DNA of 43,401 nt from Candidatus Nanopelagicales bacterium (GTDB lineage: Bacteria > Actinomycetota > Actinomycetes > S36-B12), in the NCBI GenBank assembly GCA_044336805.1, contig JBIIOS010000001.1, forward strand, positions 1 to 43,401, given 5' to 3'. Each line of letters opens with the position of its first letter. The stretch's first letter is position 1. The notes beneath the pieces are model-generated. The model was not told the origin of the DNA, did not search any database, and worked only from the letters and a program-made list of their open reading frames with translations. The translations under genes were made by a program, and so were the position numbers. Positions 10,287 to 19,083 of this stretch are shown in pieces.

Positions 10287-11738
10287 GTGCATCAGGGTTT
10301 GAGGTTGACTGATCCACCTTCGGACGCTCCTGGCTTAACAGCGCGGGGTCTCCGAGACGCCTTACACAATGGTGAGATCAAGGCTTCGGATGCCATTGAG
10401 GAATTTCTCGCCAGGTCTGCTGAGGTGCAGCAAGCCATCAATCCCTTCACTTTTATCGATGCCGAGGGTGCGCGCACCAAGGCTCGCGAGTCCGACAAGC
10501 GGATCGCTGACGGCAATCCGCGAAGCCTTGAGGGTGTGCCTGTTGCAATCAAGGACCTAACCCCAATGGCTGGGCATCCGCACACAATGGGCAGTTTGGT
10601 TATGCGTGATGTCGTCGCCACGATGTCAGACCCCGCAGTTCAACGGCTAGTTGATGCCGGCGCCATTCCCTTTGCCAGGACAAACACAGCGGAATTTGGA
10701 TGTGCAACCGTGACAGATAACCTGCTTTACGGCGAAACGCTCAACCCGTGGAACATGGATTACAGCCCGGCAGGTTCATCAGGAGGAGCTGCAGCAGCGT
10801 TAGCGTCTTTTGCAACGCCACTGGCACAAGGCACGGATTCGGCCGGTTCTTTACGCATGCCAGCTTCTGCTTGCGGGGTGGTCGGCATGAAGCCTTCCTA
10901 CGGCGTTGTTCCTGTAAGCGCGCCCGCGTACCTTGATCCCTTCGGTCACAACGGGCCAATGGCGCGAAATGTTGATGACGTCCGTTTAATGTTTGATGTC
11001 ATGGCAGGTATCGACGACAGACAAGGATTTGGCTACGAAGTGCGACGCCGTGACACTGTCCGATCGCTATCGGGACTTCGCTCTCGGGTCTTCAAGTCGA
11101 TTTTGGGTCTCAGTATTGATCGCGATGTAGCTAAGAATTTAGATGTGGCATGTGGTGAACTTTCGAATGCTGGTGTTGAAATTGTGGAAGTTGATTTTCC
11201 TTGGGATTTTGAACGTCTCTTCAACTGCGTGAAGAATGCTTTCGCGATGACCTACATGCCGTTGGCTCGCTCAGCACGTGATAGCGGAATTGCCGTCACT
11301 GACCTTACGAATGCATTCATCGAGGACGTCATGCCTTGTACCACCGACGGCATGCAGGCAGTTCGCGCGCAGTCAGAGATGGCTGAACTCCACGCAGCCA
11401 TAGGCAAGCACCTATCCGAGTCAGATTTTCTGATGCTGCCTACCCTTGCGATGCCTGCACCGATAGCTCATGATCATTTCATCGATAGTGGGCCGTTGGT
11501 TAATGGTGTTGAACATGAGGACAGGTGGATCGTGGCGTTGACCGTGCCCTTTAATCTGATGAGCGCTTGTCCAGCGATCACAATTCCGTCAGGGATATCG
11601 AAAATGGGTGTACCTACGGGGTTACAACTCGTGGGCCAACCCTACGAGGACTACCGACTCCTTGACATCGCTGAACTTGCCGAGTCAGTGATGCCGGGGC
11701 TTTCAAGCCAGTTGGACCGCATGAAAATTGGAGAGTGA
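10287..11738 (+). CDS. amidase-signature (AS) family amidase
   Basis: GSSGGAAAALAS, the conserved GTDSAGSLRMPA Ser-cisSer-Lys region and the early Lys in VAIKD. GTG at 10287 follows AGAGAGG; 10263 is an alternative start. Confidence 0.85.
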   Translation: MHQGLRLTDPPSDAPGLTARGLRDALHNGEIKASDAIEEFLARSAEVQQAINPFTFIDAEGARTKARESDKRIADGNPRSLEGVPVAIKDLTPMAGHPHTMGSLVMRDVVATMSDPAVQRLVDAGAIPFARTNTAEFGCATVTDNLLYGETLNPWNMDYSPAGSSGGAAAALASFATPLAQGTDSAGSLRMPASACGVVGMKPSYGVVPVSAPAYLDPFGHNGPMARNVDDVRLMFDVMAGIDDRQGFGYEVRRRDTVRSLSGLRSRVFKSILGLSIDRDVAKNLDVACGELSNAGVEIVEVDFPWDFERLFNCVKNAFAMTYMPLARSARDSGIAVTDLTNAFIEDVMPCTTDGMQAVRAQSEMAELHAAIGKHLSESDFLMLPTLAMPAPIAHDHFIDSGPLVNGVEHEDRWIVALTVPFNLMSACPAITIPSGISKMGVPTGLQLVGQPYEDYRLLDIAELAESVMPGLSSQLDRMKIGE

Positions 11739-11739
11739 T

Positions 11740-12207
11740 ATGAAGATCAACGGTTCGCCTGCGAATCCAGAGCACCTTCGAGCCGACACCCGTCTCTTGG
11801 ATTACCTGCGTGAAGAACTGGGTCTGCGCGGAACGAAAGAAGCGTGTGGGCGCGGTGAATGTGGTGCATGCACGGTGCTCATTGATGGTCGACCGGTGCT
11901 TTCGTGTATCACGTTGGCGGTACGGGTCGACGGTGCCGTCGAGACCATTGAAGGAGTAACTCCAGAATCTGCTGAACTTCGACGTCAGTTCGCCGCACAT
12001 GGCGCCTTTCAATGTGGCTTCTGTACTCCTGGACAGATCGTGAGGGGTGTGGCCCTTCTACGGGAGGGGCTACCCGCCGACGATACCGCCCTGAGAATTG
12101 CAATCAGTGGAAATGTTTGCCGATGTACGGGGTATTCCGGCATCGTGGCAGCACTGCGGGCGGCAGAAAAGAACATTGGTAAGTCCGTCGCTGGAGACGG
12201 TTCATGA
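11740..12207 (+). CDS. [2Fe-2S]-binding small subunit of an XDH/CoxS-family molybdenum hydroxylase
   Basis: Cys patterns CGRGECGAC, CGFCTPGQI and CRCTGY. The ATG lies 2 nt after the amidase stop, preceded by GGAGAG. Confidence 0.9.
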   Translation: MKINGSPANPEHLRADTRLLDYLREELGLRGTKEACGRGECGACTVLIDGRPVLSCITLAVRVDGAVETIEGVTPESAELRRQFAAHGAFQCGFCTPGQIVRGVALLREGLPADDTALRIAISGNVCRCTGYSGIVAALRAAEKNIGKSVAGDGS

Positions 12208-15200
12208 CCGCCGTTCTTGGAGCAGAGCGCAGTGTCGGCAGTGTTGGCAGTGTTGGCAGTGCTGACGGAGCCGTTGGACGACCGATTCCAAATATTGATG
12301 GTGAGGCGAAGACCTCAGGATCTTCGATTTATGCAGGAGATGTAGACCTGCCTGGGCTACTTCATGCCCGTATCCTGCGAAGCCCACACCCGCATGCGCG
12401 AATCCGCAATATTGACCTGTCTGGGCTAAAGAGCTTGCAGGGTGTTCACGGTGTCGTCACTGCGCAGGACCTTCCCGATCGTACGTATATCCATCACGGC
12501 GGTCCGTTGTCTGATCGTCGAGTACTTGCATCCGATGTTGTGCGTTTCGTTGGTGAAGAGATTCTCGGAGTAGCTGCGGAAAGCGCAGCAGCGGCAGATG
12601 AAGCTATCTCCCGCATTGTTGTGGACTACGAGTTGCTGGCAAGCGCGGTGTCGGTATCGGAGGCACTTGCACCCGAAGCTCCACTTATTCATTCCAACGG
12701 AAATGTGCCAGTGCGCCATGCACGTCGGTGGGGATCCTTGGCCGAAGGCCAAGAACCCGAGGTCGCGGTTTCAGGCACTTATCGATTTGGTCGACAGACC
12801 CATGCGTGTATGGAGACAAACACGGTCACCGCATCATGGAATTCCACTCTTGGAATGCTTGATGTCTGGATCAGTACCCAGTCTCCATATCTTGTGCGTA
12901 AAGAACTCGCTCACGTCCTTGACTTAGATCCACATAGCATTCGCGTCCACGAAGTGTCTGTCGGTGGCGGATTTGGATCCAAGTCGAAAATTTCCGAATA
13001 CGAGGCAATTGCCTGTGCGTTGTCGATGAAGACCGCGAGACCGGTTCGGCTGGCGCTGACACGGGAAGAAGAGTTCACGACCGTGAAGTGTCGGCACAAT
13101 TTTGAGATCACGTTGGAAACTTCCGCGACGGCACAGGGGAAACTTCTTCGTCGAGATGCTCGAATGACGGTGGACAACGGCGCCTACAATCATTCAGGCC
13201 CTTCCGTCATGGCTTATGCGGGCCAAGTGCTCGGAAGCCTCTACCGGATTCCTGCAGTTAATGTGGATGCCGAGTTGGTGTACACAAATAAACAGCCTGG
13301 AGGTCAATTCCGTGGCTATGGCGGTCCACAAGCAATCTTTGCACTCGAGTCGCAAATGGATGAACTCGCCGATCAACTCGGTATGGACCCTGTTGAGCTT
13401 CGAATTCTCAACGCCAACAAGGAAGGCGACACCACGCTAACGGGCTGGCGCCTTGATTCGGCCCGTCTGGTGGAATGCCTTGAGACTGCACGAGATTTGA
13501 TCGGATGGCAGGGCCGAAGTGCCAAAGCGGCTGATGGACGCGGAATTGGATTTGCAGCTGCGATTCATGTGAGCGGTGCAAATATTTATGAAGGTGCAGA
13601 TAAAAGCAGTGCAACCATTGAAGTTGATACCGATGGGCGCGTGCTTTTGCGATTCGGCGCTGCCGACGCAGGAACCTGGCAAAACACCGTGGTGGCGCAG
13701 TTCGTCGCGCAGGAGTTAGGAATTCAGCCCGAGGACGTTCAGTTAATAACCATGGACACTGAAGAAACTCCAACTGAGCTGGGTTCCTGGTCAAGCAGGG
13801 GGACCTACATGAGCGGCCATTCAGTTGGCCAGACCGCGCGTGATATTGCCGATGTACTTCGCCAGCATGGCGCCGCGATCCTTGAGTCACCAGTTGACGA
13901 AGTGTGGCTCGATACAGGATCAGTCACAAACGGCGTGAATTCGGTGAGTTTTGGGACCGTCGTTGCAGAACAACTCGGTGGAAGTCTCACTCGTACCCGA
14001 GAAATCACTTTGACTAACGTTGATGCAGTCAATCGAGAGACCGGCATTGCCAATCTTTCCGGAGCCTATTCCTTTGCTGTTCATGCAGTAGAAGTGAGCG
14101 TTGACGAAGGCACTGGGAAGGTCAAAGTTGAGAGGTATATTGCGGTTCACGATTCAGGCAAGATAGTGAACCCAATAGCGGCGCGCAGTCAAGTAATTGG
14201 GGGAGTCGCAATGGGCATTGGCTATGCCCTGAGTGAAGAGCTCCTGTACGAGGAGGGTCAGTCCATGACGCGCTCGTACATACAATATCCATTGCCTCGT
14301 GCTGCAGACCTACCTGAAATCGAAGTTGTCTTCATTGAGGGTGAAGATCCACACGGACCCTACGGGGCCAAAGCAATTGGTGAGATTGTTCTCATTCCGC
14401 CGGGTGCAGCAATTGCTAATGGCGTTGCAGATGCTACGGGCACGCGAATACGAGAACTTCCTCTGACGCCGGATCGGGTGCTTGCATCATTGCGCCAACG
14501 TGACTCGCGCTCCAAGCGAAATTACCGAATTCTCCTGCGTCCTTCGCGGTGGCAGATCGCGGTGGTCAGAGCTTGGTATCCACGCGGGCTGCACCGGTTA
14601 CTTCATAGATTTGGCACCAAATGGTCTCGCCCGGTTCCGCGCGCCGATTTGATATCCATTGAAGCTCCCAGTGACGAAGCTGAGATGAGTGCTGCCCTCG
14701 CGCGTCCCGGTACACGAGTTATCGCAGGAGGTACCGACCTCATGCCTGCACGACGACAGGGCATCGTCCAGCCGTCGGTCATGGTTGACATCATGACAGT
14801 TCCCACTGTGGGGAGAATTGAGGAGCGTGGCTCGGCGGTTTTAGTTGGTGCAGCCGTAACCCTCTCTGACTTGGCGAGTTGGTCGGAGTTCCGGTTACCT
14901 GTTTTACATGGTGCAATCAATGAAATTGCAACGGAACAGATCCGGCTCATGGCTACTGTCGGAGGCAACCTTTGCCAGCAAAATCGTTGCTGGTTCCTTA
15001 GGAATGATTTCATGTGTTACAAAAGAGGTGGCATTTCATGTCCCTGTTATGCGGTCACAGGAGACCATCGCTTCTATCACTCTGTGATCGACAGTCACCG
15101 CTGCCAATCGGTTACACCATCTGATCTATCAACTATTTTGAGCGCTCTCGACGCGACAATTGAAATTGCTGGCGGGGACCGCAAGCGTTCGGTGGCTGTT

Positions 15201-15644
15201 GCTGATTTCTATAGCGGACCTGGTGAGGTGCGGCTTGGGCATGGGGAGTACCTGCGTTCCGTCGTTGTTGAGACCAACCAGTTCTCAGGCCACGATTACC
15301 GAAAATTGAACCGGGGTCAAGGTGATTTTGCCATGATTTCAGCAGCCGTGTCGGTAGCGACAGATGCTGACGGGTTGGTTACCGATGCCCGAGTGGTGCT
15401 TGGAGCAATGGCGCCTGTTCCGTACCGGGTACGTGATGCCGAGCACCTGCTGGTGGGACGCAAATTCAATGCCGTAAATGTAAGTGCAGCTTCCGAGTCG
15501 TGGTGTCGCCGCGCTCATCCGCTCGAGGCAAACGAGTGGAAAGTGCAAGCTGCAACTGTACTTCTCGAGCGAAGCATTGCAGCGGCACTGCAGCGATCTC
15601 AAGCAGGAGGAGATCTCAACCAGGAGGACAATCATGATTGTTGA
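12204..15644 (+). CDS. fused molybdopterin-binding large subunit (aa ~1-760) plus FAD-binding medium subunit (aa ~815-1146) of an XDH-family hydroxylase
   Basis: N-terminal part has GGGFGSK, QPGGQFRGYGGPQ and ELPLTPDRV near the usual large-subunit C-terminus. C-terminal part has AGGTDLMP and TVGGNL, FAD-domain hallmarks. It is one uninterrupted 1146-codon ORF with an ATGA overlap to the small subunit. Confidence 0.85.
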   Translation: MTAVLGAERSVGSVGSVGSADGAVGRPIPNIDGEAKTSGSSIYAGDVDLPGLLHARILRSPHPHARIRNIDLSGLKSLQGVHGVVTAQDLPDRTYIHHGGPLSDRRVLASDVVRFVGEEILGVAAESAAAADEAISRIVVDYELLASAVSVSEALAPEAPLIHSNGNVPVRHARRWGSLAEGQEPEVAVSGTYRFGRQTHACMETNTVTASWNSTLGMLDVWISTQSPYLVRKELAHVLDLDPHSIRVHEVSVGGGFGSKSKISEYEAIACALSMKTARPVRLALTREEEFTTVKCRHNFEITLETSATAQGKLLRRDARMTVDNGAYNHSGPSVMAYAGQVLGSLYRIPAVNVDAELVYTNKQPGGQFRGYGGPQAIFALESQMDELADQLGMDPVELRILNANKEGDTTLTGWRLDSARLVECLETARDLIGWQGRSAKAADGRGIGFAAAIHVSGANIYEGADKSSATIEVDTDGRVLLRFGAADAGTWQNTVVAQFVAQELGIQPEDVQLITMDTEETPTELGSWSSRGTYMSGHSVGQTARDIADVLRQHGAAILESPVDEVWLDTGSVTNGVNSVSFGTVVAEQLGGSLTRTREITLTNVDAVNRETGIANLSGAYSFAVHAVEVSVDEGTGKVKVERYIAVHDSGKIVNPIAARSQVIGGVAMGIGYALSEELLYEEGQSMTRSYIQYPLPRAADLPEIEVVFIEGEDPHGPYGAKAIGEIVLIPPGAAIANGVADATGTRIRELPLTPDRVLASLRQRDSRSKRNYRILLRPSRWQIAVVRAWYPRGLHRLLHRFGTKWSRPVPRADLISIEAPSDEAEMSAALARPGTRVIAGGTDLMPARRQGIVQPSVMVDIMTVPTVGRIEERGSAVLVGAAVTLSDLASWSEFRLPVLHGAINEIATEQIRLMATVGGNLCQQNRCWFLRNDFMCYKRGGISCPCYAVTGDHRFYHSVIDSHRCQSVTPSDLSTILSALDATIEIAGGDRKRSVAVADFYSGPGEVRLGHGEYLRSVVVETNQFSGHDYRKLNRGQGDFAMISAAVSVATDADGLVTDARVVLGAMAPVPYRVRDAEHLLVGRKFNAVNVSAASESWCRRAHPLEANEWKVQAATVLLERSIAAALQRSQAGGDLNQEDNHDC
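12231..12266 (+). repeat. in-frame 9-nt tandem repeat (AGTGTCGGC AGTGTTGGC AGTGTTGGC AGTGCTGAC) encoding SVG-SVG-SVG-SAD
   Basis: Read directly from the sequence: four consecutive units, two of them identical, at codons 10-21 of the fused hydroxylase gene. Confidence 0.9.
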
Positions 15645-16569
15645 TGTGCACGCTCACCTCTACCCTTTAAGTTGGGCAAGTGCTGGCCGCATGCCCGATG
15701 ACATGTTCGATGTTGAAGGTTTAATAGCGCGACTCGATGCGGGTGGTGTAGATGTCGCCATCGTCTCGGATCCACACATTTGGTACGGAGATCTTGACGT
15801 GTGTGACATCGCCAAGGTGCGGGAATACAACGATTTTGCTGCAGGACTTCGTGCACAAACGAATGGCCGGCTTATTGGATTGGGTACCGTGGTTCCTTGG
15901 CGCGGCGATGAGCACATTGCAGAGGCCCGCCGAGCCATATCCGAGCTAGGACTCGTCGGTCTTGCAGTTCCGACGAGTGATCAAGGGCACTACTTGGACA
16001 CGGTGCCCGATGAATTCTGGGTGACGGTCACTGAATTGGATGTACCGGTTTTCATCCATCCTGGCGGAACTGTCATTGGGCAGGAGCTGATGGGTGAATA
16101 CAGGATGAGTGAGGTGTGCGGAAGGCCGCTCGATACGACAGTAACTCTTGCACGGGCTATTTTAACCGGTGTTCTCGAACGCCATGAGAGTCTTAATATT
16201 TTGTGTTCCCATGCAGGTGGAGCTATCTGCATGATTGCTGATCGGTTGGACTTTGGACACGAACTACGTGACTACGCCCCGCTTGGCCCGTGGGGCGAGG
16301 TTCGACTCGCCCGTCCACCAAAAGACTATGTGCGTCGGCTTTGGCTCGACACGGTCGTATATGGATCTGATCCACTGCGGCTTGCATTGGCGACGGTGGG
16401 TGCTGACCGGTTGTGCTTCGGTAGCGATGGACCGCCAGTGCCTTTCCCAATGTCTCGCCACTTGGCGATGGTAGATGAACTTGGGTTAGCGGAAGATGCG
16501 CGTCACGCTGTGCTGGGTGCTAACGCGCAAGCTTTGTTTCGACTCGAAGATGCGAGATCTGCAACGTGA
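15634..16569 (+). CDS. amidohydrolase_2-family metal-dependent hydrolase/decarboxylase (ACMSD/LigW/PicC-like)
   Basis: MIVDVHAHLYP (HxH metal motif at the N-terminus), later H and D ligand contexts (FIHPGG, CSHAGG, FGSDGP), 311 aa. The ATG follows AGGAGGA and overlaps the upstream stop by 11 nt. Confidence 0.8.
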   Translation: MIVDVHAHLYPLSWASAGRMPDDMFDVEGLIARLDAGGVDVAIVSDPHIWYGDLDVCDIAKVREYNDFAAGLRAQTNGRLIGLGTVVPWRGDEHIAEARRAISELGLVGLAVPTSDQGHYLDTVPDEFWVTVTELDVPVFIHPGGTVIGQELMGEYRMSEVCGRPLDTTVTLARAILTGVLERHESLNILCSHAGGAICMIADRLDFGHELRDYAPLGPWGEVRLARPPKDYVRRLWLDTVVYGSDPLRLALATVGADRLCFGSDGPPVPFPMSRHLAMVDELGLAEDARHAVLGANAQALFRLEDARSAT

Positions 16570-18131
16570 GCGATCTTTCCCGCAATTTGCTTGACGTATT
16601 GGGTCCTTTCGATGTCAGTGCCGTAGCCCCGGTTGGCCTAGACCGGATGGAATCCCGATTGATGGTCGCCGGAGAGCTGCGACCATCTTCCGATGGAGGA
16701 CTACTCATCAACATGAACCCTGCCACGGGTGAACAAGTGGGTGTGGTTGCCGATGCTTCGCCTGATGACGCACAGGCCGCCGTGGCTGCAGCTCGGCGAG
16801 CATTGAGCAGTACAACGTGGTCTTCGGACTCGGCATTTAGAGCACAATGTTTACGCCAATTGTGCTCGGCACTTGAACGCAACGCGTCTGATTTCCGAAC
16901 CGCTCTCGTCACAGAGATCGGATGTCCTGCGCGAATGACCTTTGCCGATCAGTTTGACTTTGCGGTGACGAAACTTGCCTTTTACTCGGAACTCCTTGAG
17001 ACCTACGAGTTCACTGATCCGTTGGGCGACCTGCCAACGTTCGGAGCGGTGCTTCACCGGCAGCTCTGGCGTGAGCCAGTGGGTCTCGTTGCAGCAATCA
17101 CACCGTGGAATCTTCCGGTGGAGCTCATGCTTGCGAAAGTTGGTGGAGCCTTGGCGGGCGGGAACGCAATCATCCTTAAGCCTTCGCCCTTGGCCCCATG
17201 GTGTGCCACGATCCTGGGCCGCATCATTGTTGAGGAAACTGATATTCCTGCTGGTATCGTTGCAGTTCTTCCATCAGCCAGGATGGAGACTGCCCAAGTT
17301 CTCACATCGTCTCCTGACGTCGATGCCATCGCCTTCACCGGTTCTACTCAGACGGGTGAGGCTGTCATGCGTGCGGCGAGCTCGAAGCTCACCAAGGTAT
17401 GCCTCGAACTAGGCGGCAAATCCCCTTCAGTCTTCCTTCCTGACGTAGACGCGGCTGCGGTCCTTCCATTTGCCGCAGGAATTGCCATGTTTAACGCTGG
17501 GCAAAGTTGCATCATGCCGAGCCGAATGTTGGTGCCGATTGAGCAATTTGAACAGTGTTTGGATTTTGCGGTTGAGGGCCTGAAAGCGGTTCATTGGGGG
17601 GATCCCTGGTCGCCAGATACATTCTTGGGCCCACTCATCAGTTCAGAGCGCCGCAACGAAGTTTTGGGAATTGTCAGTCGATCTGCTGATCAAGGAGCTC
17701 GGATTGTCTATGGAGGAAATGCGATCCCCGGACCCGGTTACTTCATGGAACCAACACTGATCGCGGATCTCGATGGAGCCTGTGAAGCTGCCCGGCAGGA
17801 GATTTTTGGCCCGGTAGTTGTTATGACGCCCTACACATCCGTTGAACACGCGATCGAGTTGGCCAATGACACCGAATTTGGCCTGGCTGCTTATGTGTGG
17901 GGAGCGTCAGCAGAGAGAGCGGAACAGGTTGGCAGACGCATTCGGGCCGGGATGGTGGGAATAAACGGTGGTCAGTTTACATCTGCCGAAATGCCCTTCG
18001 GTGGCATGCGGCGAAGTGGAATAGGACGAGAGTGGGGCGTTGCCGGCATGGAGGAGTTCCTTGAAACCAGGACGATGGCCACACGACTCCCGCTCGAAAA
18101 CGGAGCTCCAAACGAGGCCTCTGGTAACTAA
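16566..18131 (+). CDS. NAD(P)+-dependent aldehyde dehydrogenase
   Basis: ALDH motifs (ITPWNLP, FTGSTQTGE, ELGGKSP, catalytic-Cys context NAGQSC, PFGGMRRSGIGRE). GTGA overlap with the upstream gene. Confidence 0.9.
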   Translation: MSDLSRNLLDVLGPFDVSAVAPVGLDRMESRLMVAGELRPSSDGGLLINMNPATGEQVGVVADASPDDAQAAVAAARRALSSTTWSSDSAFRAQCLRQLCSALERNASDFRTALVTEIGCPARMTFADQFDFAVTKLAFYSELLETYEFTDPLGDLPTFGAVLHRQLWREPVGLVAAITPWNLPVELMLAKVGGALAGGNAIILKPSPLAPWCATILGRIIVEETDIPAGIVAVLPSARMETAQVLTSSPDVDAIAFTGSTQTGEAVMRAASSKLTKVCLELGGKSPSVFLPDVDAAAVLPFAAGIAMFNAGQSCIMPSRMLVPIEQFEQCLDFAVEGLKAVHWGDPWSPDTFLGPLISSERRNEVLGIVSRSADQGARIVYGGNAIPGPGYFMEPTLIADLDGACEAARQEIFGPVVVMTPYTSVEHAIELANDTEFGLAAYVWGASAERAEQVGRRIRAGMVGINGGQFTSAEMPFGGMRRSGIGREWGVAGMEEFLETRTMATRLPLENGAPNEASGN

Positions 18132-18163
18132 ACAGCAACAAATATTCGATCTGCTTGACTATT

Positions 18164-18193
18164 TGTCATACAGAAGGCAGTGTTCTCCATATT
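18164..18193 (+). promoter_or_regulatory. operator/promoter-like element TGTCATACAGAAGGCAGTGTTCTCCATATT upstream of the second hydroxylase
   Basis: The first 13 nt are identical to 33761-33773, and a CCATA(A/T)T -10-like hexamer region sits at the same offset within 1 nt. It lies in the only sizeable gap (18132-18222) between operons A and B. Confidence 0.5.
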
Positions 18194-18222
18194 CTGCAGC
18201 ACCCCCAAGATCAGGAGACGAG

Positions 18223-19083
18223 ATGAGACCAGGAGCTTTCCGGTACGTTTCGGCGATCTCGTTGGATGAAGTGCTTCAGAATCTGTCGGAGTTCGGTGAT
18301 GAAGCGACCCTTCTGGCCGGTGGGCAGAGTCTGATCCCCCTCATGAATCTGCGCTTGGCTCGGCCTGAGGTGTTGATTGATCTCAACCGGGTTACGGGCC
18401 TGGCTGGTATCGACCTTGTCGGCGGTGAACTGCGAATTGGGGCCATGACGCGTGCCGTTGATGTAGTCACTAACTCTACGGTCACCGGCTCGTTGCCCGC
18501 ACTATCCCGAGCGACAGCATTTATTGGCCATCCGCAAATTCGTAATCGAACGACCATCGGTGGCAACATTTCCCATGCCGACCCATCTTCTGAATTGCCT
18601 GGAGTCTTGGCAGCCCTCGAAGGAAGTGTCACCTTGAGGTCTATCCGAGGTGAGAGAAGTGTTGGTTGGAACGACTTCATCGTGTCTACGTTTACCAACT
18701 CCCGAGAGGCCGATGAAATGGTCGTCGATGTGCGATTCCCTCTTCGGACTGGGTGGACTTTCGCGTACGACGAGGTGGCGCCGCGCCACGGTGACTACCC
18801 CCTTGCCGGAATTTGTGCGGGGGTGCAGATCGTTGATGGTGTCGTTCGCGAAATGAGAATTGTTGCTGTAGGCGTATCTGACCGACCGGTCGTGCTGAAT
18901 GAGGCTGCGCAAGCATCCATAGGTAGAGAGCTTGATGAAACATTGATCAAGGAACTCAGCAAAATCGGCCGCGAAGAGCTGCACGCAAATGGTGATGCGC
19001 ACGCATCTTCTGAGTACCGCAAGTGGCTCGTTGGAACACTCATCAATCGAATTCTGGGTAACTTTGCATTGGAGCCACGATGA
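18223..19083 (+). CDS. FAD-binding medium subunit (CoxM-like) of the second XDH-family hydroxylase
   Basis: FRYVSAISLDEVL..., LLAGGQSLIPLMN and TIGGNISHADP. The ATG at 18223 follows CAGGAGA. The longer ORF from 18040 overlaps the ALDH gene and is not conserved-looking. Confidence 0.85.
   Translation: MRPGAFRYVSAISLDEVLQNLSEFGDEATLLAGGQSLIPLMNLRLARPEVLIDLNRVTGLAGIDLVGGELRIGAMTRAVDVVTNSTVTGSLPALSRATAFIGHPQIRNRTTIGGNISHADPSSELPGVLAALEGSVTLRSIRGERSVGWNDFIVSTFTNSREADEMVVDVRFPLRTGWTFAYDEVAPRHGDYPLAGICAGVQIVDGVVREMRIVAVGVSDRPVVLNEAAQASIGRELDETLIKELSKIGREELHANGDAHASSEYRKWLVGTLINRILGNFALEPR

Noticed and set aside
12231-12266. A short tandem repeat as a possible CRISPR or regulatory repeat.
   Set aside because: The units are 9 nt with no spacers, in frame and inside a CDS. 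It is a coding microsatellite, not a CRISPR array.
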